DNA from: Candidatus Marinacidobacterium sp.
GTDB lineage: Bacteria > Acidobacteriota > Vicinamibacteria > Marinacidobacterales > Marinacidobacteraceae
Length of the DNA: 64,000 nucleotides
NCBI GenBank assembly: GCA_965250045.1
Contig: OZ252286.1
Location: 434,355-498,354 of the forward strand
Reading direction: 5' to 3'
In this document: piece by piece, positions 28,918-37,598 of the stretch
Layout of the letters: the number at the start of each line of letters is the position of its first letter
Numbering within the stretch: the stretch's first letter is position 1
Notes under the pieces: model-generated
Seen by the model: the letters and a program-made list of their open reading frames with translations, nothing else
Databases searched by the model: none
Told to the model about the DNA's origin: nothing
Made by a program: the position numbers and the translations under genes

Positions 28918-30324
28918 ATGCAATACGAGGACGCGCTCGCGTTCCTGCGGGAACGCGAACAGTTCCACGTCAAGGTCGGAACCCGGAACATCCGGCTGCT
29001 CGCCAAGGCGCTCGGCCACCCCGAACACCGGTTCCCTTCCGTGGTGGTCGCCGGGACGAACGGAAAGGGCTCGACGGTCGCCATTCTGGACTCGATCCTG
29101 CGCGCCCACGGACTCCGGGTGGGGCGTTTCACCTCCCCGCATCTCGTATCCATCAACGAGCGCATCCTGGTGAACGGCCGTCAGCTTCCGAATGAGGAGT
29201 TCGCCGACCTGGTGGGGGCGATCGCCTCGGCGTCGCGCGGCCTGCTGCCGGACCAGCAGCCATCGTTCTTCGAGACGATCACCGGAGCCGCCTTCCTGGT
29301 GTTCGCCCGGCACGGGCTCGACGCCGCGGTCTTCGAGGTGGGCATGGGCGGCCGCTGGGACGCCACCACCGCGACCGACGCCCGGCTCGGCCTGGTGACG
29401 CGCATCGCGCTCGATCACGAGCGCTATCTCGGTCGCACCGTCGCCGAGATCGCCGGCGAAAAAGGGGCGGTGGCCCGTCCCGGGGGAGAACTGCTGATCG
29501 CCGGGCAGGAGCCGGAGGCCGCCGCGGTGCTCCACGAGAGCGCCCGGGCGCGCGGCGCCCGTTCCCGGGATCTGGCCGTCGAGACCGAGACCGACTTCAC
29601 GATCCTCCGTGCCGGAGCGACGGGTCGGCTCGTTACCCCCGAAGCGACGTACGAGGATCTCTGGCTCCCGCTCCCGGGCCGCCACCAACTCGATAATCTG
29701 GCGCTTGCGGTCCGGGGGGCGGAGCGGTTCTTCGCGCGCGAGGACCTGGGAGCGCTCGACCCCGTGCGGGTCCGTCAGGGCGTCTCCGCGGTCCGCTGGC
29801 CGGGCCGGCTCGAATGGTTGCCTCGAGAGGGCGCTCGTCCACGCGTGCTCCTCGACGCCGCCCACAATCCGAGCGGCGCCGAGCGCCTGGCCGACTACCT
29901 GGGTTCCCTCGGCCGGAACGGCCGGCGCGTACTGGTCTTCGGGGCGATGCGCGACAAACGCGTCGAGGGGATGTTGCCCCCCCTCGCGCCGCACTTCGAG
30001 CGGGTGGTGTTGACTGCCGCCGCCAGCCGCCGGGCCCTCTCCGCCGCTGACCTGCGCGCAACCGGCGAAGCGGTGTTTTCCGGGAACGGAACCCGCTGCG
30101 AGGCCGTGGAGCAGGTTCCGGACGCGCTCGCGCGTGCCTTCCGGCTCGCCGGTGAGTCAGGCGAGGTTGTTATCGCCGGATCCATCTACCTGCTCGGGGA
30201 CGCTCTCAAGACGCTGCGATCCGAGGACGGCGACGGCCTCGAAGCGAGCGTGATCGAGATGCCGGCTGTCCCGACGGAGCCGGTCAGGCCGACGGGAACC
30301 GCTCGGCAGACCTCAGCGGCCTGA
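28918..30324 (+). CDS. folC: bifunctional folylpolyglutamate synthase / dihydrofolate synthase
   Basis: P-loop VAGTNGKGST. Mur-ligase family motifs. The accD-folC order is conserved in many bacteria. Confidence 0.9.
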   Translation: MQYEDALAFLREREQFHVKVGTRNIRLLAKALGHPEHRFPSVVVAGTNGKGSTVAILDSILRAHGLRVGRFTSPHLVSINERILVNGRQLPNEEFADLVGAIASASRGLLPDQQPSFFETITGAAFLVFARHGLDAAVFEVGMGGRWDATTATDARLGLVTRIALDHERYLGRTVAEIAGEKGAVARPGGELLIAGQEPEAAAVLHESARARGARSRDLAVETETDFTILRAGATGRLVTPEATYEDLWLPLPGRHQLDNLALAVRGAERFFAREDLGALDPVRVRQGVSAVRWPGRLEWLPREGARPRVLLDAAHNPSGAERLADYLGSLGRNGRRVLVFGAMRDKRVEGMLPPLAPHFERVVLTAAASRRALSAADLRATGEAVFSGNGTRCEAVEQVPDALARAFRLAGESGEVVIAGSIYLLGDALKTLRSEDGDGLEASVIEMPAVPTEPVRPTGTARQTSAA

Positions 30325-30370
30325 CCGCCGTACACTCCCCCGCGCCTGAGCGGCCCCTGTTCTCCAACTG

Positions 30371-32140
30371 ATGCGCCTTTCCCACCATTTCGGCCTCACT
30401 CTCCGTGAAGCGCCGGCCGGCATTGAAGCCGAAAGCCATCGGTTCCTGCTGCGGGCCGGTTTCATCCGGCAACTCGGCCAGGGCCTTTATTCCTACCTGC
30501 CGCTCGCGCACCGGTCCATCACCCGGATCGAAAACATCCTGCGCGAGGAAATGAACCGGATCGGCGGGCAGGAAATGACCATGCCGGTCGTCCACCCGGC
30601 AGAGATCTGGCGCCGGTCGGGTCGCTACGACGCCGTCGGGCCCGAAATGGCGCGGTTCAAGGATCGGAAAAACAGCGACCTCGTCCTCGCCATGACCCAC
30701 GAGGAAGTGGTGGCCGACCTCTGCCGGACCGAAATCCAATCCCACCGGCAGCTTCCGCAGCTCGTCTACCACATCCAGACCAAGTTCCGGGACGACCCCC
30801 GCCCCCGGGCCGGACTCATCCGCGTGCGCGAGTTCACGATGAAGGACTCCTACACCCTCGACCACGATGCCGAGGGTCTGGCTCGGCAGTACCGCGCCCA
30901 CTACGAGGCGTACTTCCGCATCTTCGGCCGGTGCGGACTGCCCACGATCGCCGTCGGCTCGGACGTCGGGATGATGGGTGGCAGCCAAGCGCACGAGTTC
31001 ATGTACCTCACGCCGGTGGGCGAGGACACCCTGGTGCTCTGCGACGCCTGCGGCTACGCCGCCAACCGGCAGATCGCCCGCTTCTCGAAGGCGCCGGCGG
31101 AGCCCGAGGCGCCGCTCCCCCTCGAACGGGTCGCGACACCCGGAGCGCAGACGATCCGCGAGCTGGCGGAGTTCCTCGGGATCCCGGCCGCGCGGACCGC
31201 GAAGGCGGTGTTCCTCACCGCCGGCCTCGACGGTGGCGCCCGCGAGGAACTGGTGGTCGCGATCGTCCGCGGCGACATGGACGTCAACGAGACGAAGCTC
31301 GCGAACGCGGTCGGGGCTTCCTGGCTCCGCCCGGCGGAGGAAGAGGCGATCCGGAGCGCCGGCGCTACCCCGGGATACGCCTCCCCGATCGGGCTCACCT
31401 CGGGCACGGTGGTGGTGGACGATTCGATCCCGGAGTCACCGAACCTGGTGGCGGGCGCGAACGAGCAGGACGTGCACTTCCGGAACGTGAACCCGGGACG
31501 GGACTACGACCCCGGACTGGTCACCGACATCGCGGTGGCGGAGGACGGCCATTCCTGCGTGGAATGCGGAGAGCCGGTCCGCACTTCCCGCGGCGTCGAG
31601 GTGGGCAACATCTTCCAGCTCGGCACCCGCTACGGGGACGCCGCCGGGGCTCGCTTCCTCGACGAATCGGGAGTCGAACGCCCCATCTGGATGGGCTCCT
31701 ACGGGATCGGCTCGGGACGCCTGCTGGCCTGCGTCGCGGAGCAACACCACGACGAAAACGGCCTCTGCTGGCCGATGAGCGTCTCCCCCTACGACGTTCA
31801 CCTCATTCCGCTGGTCGGGCGCTCCGGTGCGGATGACGAGGCGGGAAAGGAGGCGGAACGCCTGCACGACAGCCTTGAAGAAGCGGGTCTCGAAGTGCTG
31901 CTCGACGACCGGGATGAACGCGCGGGGGTGAAGTTCGCCGACGCCGACCTGATCGGGATTCCCCTGCGGGTGGTGATCTCCCGCCGTTCGCTGGACCGGG
32001 GCGGCGTGGAAGTTCGGGTGCGGGGCGAGGAATCCGCGGAAATCGTGCCGCTGGAGCACCTCGCGGAAACCCTCGCGTCCCGCCGGGCCGAACTTCTGGG
32101 CCGCATCGAGGCAGCGGTCCGGATCCCGGAATTCGGCTGA
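30371..32140 (+). CDS. proS: proline--tRNA ligase (bacterial type with editing domain)
   Basis: Class II motifs FRDDPRPRAGLIRVREFTMKDSY and GSYGIGSGRL. INS domain. C-terminal anticodon-binding domain. Confidence 0.95.
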   Translation: MRLSHHFGLTLREAPAGIEAESHRFLLRAGFIRQLGQGLYSYLPLAHRSITRIENILREEMNRIGGQEMTMPVVHPAEIWRRSGRYDAVGPEMARFKDRKNSDLVLAMTHEEVVADLCRTEIQSHRQLPQLVYHIQTKFRDDPRPRAGLIRVREFTMKDSYTLDHDAEGLARQYRAHYEAYFRIFGRCGLPTIAVGSDVGMMGGSQAHEFMYLTPVGEDTLVLCDACGYAANRQIARFSKAPAEPEAPLPLERVATPGAQTIRELAEFLGIPAARTAKAVFLTAGLDGGAREELVVAIVRGDMDVNETKLANAVGASWLRPAEEEAIRSAGATPGYASPIGLTSGTVVVDDSIPESPNLVAGANEQDVHFRNVNPGRDYDPGLVTDIAVAEDGHSCVECGEPVRTSRGVEVGNIFQLGTRYGDAAGARFLDESGVERPIWMGSYGIGSGRLLACVAEQHHDENGLCWPMSVSPYDVHLIPLVGRSGADDEAGKEAERLHDSLEEAGLEVLLDDRDERAGVKFADADLIGIPLRVVISRRSLDRGGVEVRVRGEESAEIVPLEHLAETLASRRAELLGRIEAAVRIPEFG

Positions 32141-32154
32141 CGCGCGGAGGGCAA

Positions 32155-32373
32155 ACAGCCTGTGGCAAAACCCACGCGGCGTTTGCCCGGCGATCCATCC
32201 CGGCTGAACCACTCCGCTTCGCTCCGTTCTGTGTTGCGTTTCGGTCGAAATACACTCGGGCCAGTTCTCCCGGTGGGGGCTCCTCCCTCACGCGTCTTGT
32301 CAGCCGGACCCCCACCGGGAGAACTGGGCCTCACCGGGCTCGGCGCTCACGTGGGTTTCACCACAGGCTGTTA
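32155..32373. repeat. Family-A MITE-like element, the best-preserved copy: about 219 bp with about 25-bp terminal inverted repeats and an internal long palindrome
   Basis: Left AACAGCCTGTGGCAAAACCCACGCGGCG. Right CGCTCACGTGGGTTTCACCACAGGCTGTT. Internal CCAGTTCTCCCGGTGGGGGCTCCTCCC...CCCCCACCGGGAGAACTGG. Confidence 0.8.
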
Positions 32374-32380
32374 GCAGCGA

Positions 32381-33796
32381 GTGCTCCAACCCGTTTCCGT
32401 CCCGCTGATCCTCCTCGCGTTGCTTGCGGCCGGGTGCCTCTACGGACTGATCGTTCGACCTCTCTGGCAGCGGCGCCGCGAGCAGCGGAATACCCACGCT
32501 TTCCACGAGGCGCAGGGCCGGCTGGCCATCCAGCCTTCCGCGTTCCAGCTCCTGAAACCAACGAGCACCGCGGACCTGCTGATGGTGGACCCGCTCGTTC
32601 AGGACGCAATCCTCAAGGAGACCGAGCGGAGCGATACCGACCAGTGCGACGCCCTGGTGCAGGCGCGGGAATACGCCCGGGAGATCGTTCCCTCGCTGAG
32701 CGCCGGCTTCTACTTCCGCCTCATCCACGGACCTCTCAAGCGGTGGATGCTCCAGCTCTTCCGGGTCCGGGTGCGGTACCTGGACGAGGATGCGATCGTG
32801 CGGGCGGCCAGGACCTCAACGCCGGTTTTCGTTCTGAATCACCGCAGCAATCTCGACTACGTGATCGCCGCCACTTCGCTCGCCGACCGGGCCATCCTCT
32901 CGTTCGCGGTGGGCGAATGGGCGCGTTACTGGCCCCTCGAAGGGCTGCTCCGCGCCCTCGGCGGCTTCTTCGTCCGACGAGGATCGGGCAATCCGCTCTA
33001 CCGGGCCGTCCTTGCCGCCCACGTCAAGATCGCAACCCGGGCCGGAGTCCCGCAGGCGTTCTTCATCGAGGGCCGCTTTTCCGTTGACGGGAAGCTGGGC
33101 AGTCCGCGTCTCGGTCTTCTCGACTATGCGGTCCGGGCCTTCGATCCGGAGACGCGGCGCGATGTGGCGTTCATCCCGGTGGCGGTGAACTACGACCGGG
33201 TCATCGAGGACAAGAACCTCCAGATCATGAAGGCCCAGGGGAAACGTGCGACCCGGACCGGATCCTGGCGAGCCTCCGCCGCCTTTCTCGGCCACCAGTT
33301 CTGGCTGCGCCTCAACCGCCGCTGGCGGCCCTTCGGCTACGCCACCCTCAGCGTTGGCAAACCGGTATCGCTCCGGGATTGGCTCGCGAGCCGGGGCTTC
33401 GATCCCCGGAAAGCCGACCGCGAAACGCGGTTCGCCGAGGTAGGCCAACTCGCTGACGAACTCATGCAGCGCATCGCGGACATCATGCCGGTGCTACCGG
33501 TCCCGCTGATGGCAGCGGTCATCCGGGACGGGGGAGAGGAGGGAATCACGCGAGCAGACGCACGCGCCGCTGCTTTCGAAATCCTCGAGACTCTCGCGGC
33601 GCGCCCGGGCGAGCCGGACATCCCTCCCGAGGACTGGGAGCCGGCGGTCGAACTCGGGGTACAGCTCCTGTTGCAGCGCCGGATGGTGAAAGCCGAGCGG
33701 GAAAGGCTCATCATCCTCGAGCCGCGCCGCCACTTCGTGAACTACTACGCGAACTCGATCGGCCACCTGGTGCCGGAGCGATCCGGTCCGTCGTAG
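32381..33796 (+). CDS. PlsB-like glycerol-3-phosphate / lysophospholipid acyltransferase family protein
   Basis: HxxxxD acyltransferase motif VLNHRSNLDY. FIEGRFS. N-terminal TM helix. GTG start immediately after the MITE. Confidence 0.7.
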   Translation: MLQPVSVPLILLALLAAGCLYGLIVRPLWQRRREQRNTHAFHEAQGRLAIQPSAFQLLKPTSTADLLMVDPLVQDAILKETERSDTDQCDALVQAREYAREIVPSLSAGFYFRLIHGPLKRWMLQLFRVRVRYLDEDAIVRAARTSTPVFVLNHRSNLDYVIAATSLADRAILSFAVGEWARYWPLEGLLRALGGFFVRRGSGNPLYRAVLAAHVKIATRAGVPQAFFIEGRFSVDGKLGSPRLGLLDYAVRAFDPETRRDVAFIPVAVNYDRVIEDKNLQIMKAQGKRATRTGSWRASAAFLGHQFWLRLNRRWRPFGYATLSVGKPVSLRDWLASRGFDPRKADRETRFAEVGQLADELMQRIADIMPVLPVPLMAAVIRDGGEEGITRADARAAAFEILETLAARPGEPDIPPEDWEPAVELGVQLLLQRRMVKAERERLIILEPRRHFVNYYANSIGHLVPERSGPS

Positions 33797-33863
33797 GGCT
33801 ACCGAGTCGGAGAAGGCGGTCCGCCGGAAAGGGACCGCCGGTCTCCAGACCGGCATCGCCCGC

Positions 33864-34085
33864 TAGCAGCCTGTGGCGGAACCCGGGTGAGCGCCGAGAC
33901 CGGCCAGTCCTCCCGGTGGGGGCGAGGCACCCGGCTGACAAGGCGCGTGAGGGAGGAGCCCCCACCGGGAGAACTGGCCCTGGTGTATTTCGACCGAAAC
34001 GCAACGATGAGCGGCGCGAAGCGACGCGGTTCAGCCGGGATGGATCGCCGGCCGAACGCCGCCTGGGTTTCACCACAGGCTGCTA
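33864..34085. repeat. Family-A MITE-like element (inverted orientation relative to 32155-32373)
   Basis: TAGCAGCCTGTGGCGGAACCC...GGGTTTCACCACAGGCTGCTA. Internal GTGTATTTCGACCGAAACGCAACGATGAGCGGCGCGAAGCG. Confidence 0.8.
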
Positions 34086-34203
34086 GAGCTAGAGGCGGGC
34101 GAAACACGCACGTCGCTCCTCAACTCATAACACTCCAAGCCGTAAATGCTCCTGCCGTGAGCATTGGCGCTCAGACCATCGTCGTAGCTGTCGCTCGGCG
34201 CGT

Positions 34204-35422
34204 TCAGGCTGCCAACCGCCCGTAGGTGAGCGTCCGCCAGACCCACTCGAGCGGCCCGTAGGAGAAGCGCCGCAGCCAGATCGGGGACAGCCACAACTGG
34301 AACGCCCACACCGCGACGACGATCAGGAGCTGCTGGTACCTCTCCACGCGGCCGTAGAAACCCAGCCCGTGGCCGTAGAAGATCGAGGTGCAGAGCACCG
34401 TCTGGAGCAGGTAGTTCGTGAAGGCCATCCGTCCGACCGCGGCCAGCCGCGCCTGGAAGCCCGGGAGGAACCCCCGCCGGACGGCGAGCATCACCAGGCC
34501 GATGTATCCGATCGCCATCGGGACACATCCCCACATGTTGAACAGCCCACCGAAGAACATTGAGCGCTGCCAACTCCAGCCGCCGGAAAAGTTCCACCAG
34601 ATCCCGAAAGCGACTACCGGCGCACCGGCGAGCAGTCCAACCCCGGCGAGCCGCCGGTAGAAGCGGTCGTCCTTCGCCGCACTCAGGACTCCCCATTTGT
34701 AGAGGGCCATGCCGATCAGCATCAGGCCGCCGCAGAACCAGAGGACGAAGAACGGCACGGTGCCGAGGTGGATGCCGAGCGCCTGCTCCACCCGGAGCGG
34801 CTGCTGCTGCCTCCACCCGGCTCCGTAGGCGGCGATCTCGGCGTCGAGTGCGGAGGGATCCGGCGCCCACTCGTTCTCGATCTCCTGGGTTACCTCCTCC
34901 GGGACGCCCGGGACCAGGAGGGCGGCGCCGACGAGCAGAACCAGCAGGCTCGTGACCGAAAAGAGCGCCAATCCGGTGACCAGCAGGGTCCGCGGCCGCC
35001 AGCGGCGCACCAGATACACGAGACAACCGCAGATCATACGGCGCCAGGATGTCGCCGACCCAGAGGAGATAGGCGTGGGCCAGGCCGAACGCCAGCAACC
35101 AACCCATGCGGCGGTAGTGCCACCCCGCGGGCCGCCCGCCCCGGGCCTCGATCCGGTCGGCGAAAAGACAGATTCCGGCGCCGAACAGGAGGGAAAAGAG
35201 GGTGAGGAACTTCTGGCTGGCGAGCAGGTCACTCAGGATCCAGATGCCAAGGTTGATCCCCGAGAGGTCGCCCCACGCCGTCGGGTTGCCGTACGCCGCG
35301 ATCGGCATGGCAAAGAGCTGGATGTTCATCACCAGGATGCCGAGCAGCGCGAAGCCGCGCAGCACGCCCAGGCTCTTGATCCGGGACCCGGCTTCGGTCG
35401 GCCCGGACCGAGCCGGGCTCAT
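34204..35422 (-). pseudogene. Frameshifted DUF418/YeiB-family membrane protein gene (or a sequencing error)
   Basis: The N-terminal half (LRGFALLGILVMNIQLFAMP...AHAYLLWVGDILAPYD) is in the frame of ORF 34070..35725. The C-terminal half (MICGCLVYLVRRW...GPLEWVWRTLTYG) is in the frame of ORF 34204..35232. The frames switch near 35030-35040. Confidence 0.6.
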
Positions 35423-36102
35423 TCCGAGGAGTCCGCCCCTGGGCTTTCCCGATAGAGCCACGCGGCAAACGGAGCCGCGATCGCCGCCCCGAGGATCTCC
35501 ATCAGCACGAACGCCGGGGCGTCGAGCGGACGGATCCCGCAGAAGGTGTCGGTGAAGCTCCGCGCCAGGGTGACCGCCGGATTTGCGAACGAGGTCGAGG
35601 CGGTGAACCAGCAGGCCGCGAAGATGTAGAGGCCCACCGCGGCGGCCACCGCCTGGGGGCGGACCTTGATGCAGCCGAAGATGGTCAGGATCAGACCGAA
35701 GGTGGCCACGACTTCGGAGACCCACTGGCCGGGTCCGGTCCGGACCTGCGTCGCGACCTGCACGAGCGGCAGGTCGAACATCAGGTGCGTGACCAGCATT
35801 CCGACAAGGCCGCCCGCCGCCTGCACGACGACGTAGAGCCCGGCGTCCCGGCCGGAGATCTCCCGCCGCAGCAGGAACGCCAGGGTGACGGCGGGATTGA
35901 TGTGACAGCCCGACACCGGAGCGAACAGCCAGATGAGGACCACCAGAGCGGCGCCGATGGCGGCCGTGCAGCCGATGAGCGCGACGCCATCGTTCCCGCC
36001 CGACAGGTTGTCGGCCATGATGCCGGAACCGATGATCGCGGCGAGCAGCCCCGCGGTCCCGAGGAATTCGGCGGCGAGGCGCCGGAAGAGCATCGGATTC
36101 AC
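35419..36102 (-). CDS. aquaporin / MIP-family channel
   Basis: Two NPA boxes (HINPAVT and ANPAVTL). 6 TM helices. Its stop overlaps the yeiB-like start (ATGA). Confidence 0.9.
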   Translation of the reverse strand: MNPMLFRRLAAEFLGTAGLLAAIIGSGIMADNLSGGNDGVALIGCTAAIGAALVVLIWLFAPVSGCHINPAVTLAFLLRREISGRDAGLYVVVQAAGGLVGMLVTHLMFDLPLVQVATQVRTGPGQWVSEVVATFGLILTIFGCIKVRPQAVAAAVGLYIFAACWFTASTSFANPAVTLARSFTDTFCGIRPLDAPAFVLMEILGAAIAAPFAAWLYRESPGADSSE

Positions 36103-36145
36103 GCCGCTCCGGAAATTCCGTTCCCCGGCGCGTCCGCGGGAGGAA

Positions 36146-37057
36146 TCAGCCGAGCAGGCTCAGATCGGCACGCCCGTCGCGGATCGGGGGACACCAGAAG
36201 TACGCGCCGGTCACCGGCCTCGTGAACCGGAAGAGATGGTCCACGATCCCGTCCAGAGCGCCGACCATCCGGGCGAGGTGGTATTCGAAAGCGTCCAGGT
36301 TGCTTCCGAAGGCGGCGAACACGAGACCGGCCCGCTGCGCGTCTGCCCAGGGCATGGATCGCCGGAGCAGAAAGGCGGGCGGATCGGGGGCTTCCTGTTC
36401 GGTGCGTTTCACATGGGCCGCGTCCGGCCCGTCCTTCAGTTCCACATTGTCGCTCTTTCGACGCCCGATGATGTGGTCCTTTGTCTGGGAGGAAAAGGAT
36501 TCGAAGCGATCCAGATCGTGGACCCACTGCTGCACCGCCACGAAGGAGGATCCGTCGAGTCCGGGGCCGTGGCCGGAGACGACCGCGGCCTCGGCAGCGT
36601 CGTCCCCCTTCGGGTTCTCGGTTCCGTCCTCGTATCCGGTGAGATCGAGGCCGGTCCGGTACCGGAACGCGTCCGCCACCGAATCCACCGCGAAGGCGCC
36701 GGAAAGCACCCTTTCCACCCGGCGCGTCTCGTGGACGAGTTCGCCCCGTTCCTCGGCCCGGAGCCAGACCCAGAGCTCGGCCGGGGTCGAAGGAACGCTG
36801 AATCCGGGTCCGCTGGACGCCGGGAAGTCCCGGAGTCCGGGGACTTCGGCCCCCAACTCGCGCACCAGCGATTCGCCGAGGCCGAACACCAGGGGCAACC
36901 CGGGATGCGGGTCCGCGAGCCGCTCGAGGGCTTCGCGCGGGCTGGGCGCCGAGGGGCGGCGCCGGAAGGTGAGGTAGCGGGCGTGGGAGGGGATTTCCGC
37001 CAGCACGCCGGGCTGGGGAAGGGACAACTGTGATCCGGATTGCGATGCCTTGTTCAT
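36146..37057 (-). CDS. Dyp-type peroxidase family protein
   Basis: GLDLTGYEDGTENP (DyP GxxDG motif region). About 300 aa. Confidence 0.8.
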   Translation of the reverse strand: MNKASQSGSQLSLPQPGVLAEIPSHARYLTFRRRPSAPSPREALERLADPHPGLPLVFGLGESLVRELGAEVPGLRDFPASSGPGFSVPSTPAELWVWLRAEERGELVHETRRVERVLSGAFAVDSVADAFRYRTGLDLTGYEDGTENPKGDDAAEAAVVSGHGPGLDGSSFVAVQQWVHDLDRFESFSSQTKDHIIGRRKSDNVELKDGPDAAHVKRTEQEAPDPPAFLLRRSMPWADAQRAGLVFAAFGSNLDAFEYHLARMVGALDGIVDHLFRFTRPVTGAYFWCPPIRDGRADLSLLG

Positions 37058-37107
37058 TCTCTTTTCGAAGAAAGGCTAGCGCGCTACTGCGCTTCGAAAT
37101 CTCGCGA

Positions 37108-37275
37108 CGGCGTTCGTCGGCTGGGGCGAACATGTCGCACCAGCAGGGCCGGCTGGAATCAACATGTCGCAGTAGCGGGCTCTCCCGGCTCGGACATGTC
37201 GCAGTAGCGAAGCCGGCTGGAATCAACATGTCGCAGTAGCGGGCTCTCCCGGCCCGGACATGTCGCAGTAGCGGG
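37108..37275. repeat. Tandem repeat, about 62-bp unit x about 2.7. It carries the 16-mer ACATGTCGCAGTAGCG four times plus a variant ACATGTCGCACCAGCA.
   Basis: Seen directly. Lies in the divergent promoter region between the Dyp peroxidase and the aminopeptidase. The inverse motif GCGCTACTGCGC is at 37077-37088. Confidence 0.85.
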
Positions 37276-37319
37276 GTCGGCTGGCGGAGGCTCCCGGCAT
37301 TGGCGGGGTTGGTGTCTTT

Positions 37320-37500
37320 CTGCAGGGGACGTCATCAGCGCAGGTTTCGCGCTCCCGCGCGTGCCGACCAGAGGTCAGCGTTCCAAGCCGTCCCCGCGCT
37401 TCCTCCCGGTCGGCGGTACGCGGTCTCGCCCCGCTGCGCGGGGCGGTGCCGGTGTGAACGCCCCCACCGGGAGAACTGGCCGGCGTTCCCGGCACGGCGG
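37320..37500. repeat. Family-C plus family-D REP-like unit
   Basis: GGTTTCGCGCTCCCGCGCGTGCCGACCAGAGGTCAGCGTTCCAAGCCGTCCCCGCGCTT ... GGCGGTGCCGGTGTGAACGCCCCCACCGGGAGAACTGGCCGGCGTTCCC. Confidence 0.65.
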
Positions 37501-37598
37501 CGCGATCGGGGTGAGGAACGTGGGCCCGCAGACTCCTTTTGGTCACCAACTCCCCAGAGGTCGGCGGTTCCCTCGCTTCGGTAGAGTCTGCGAACGCC

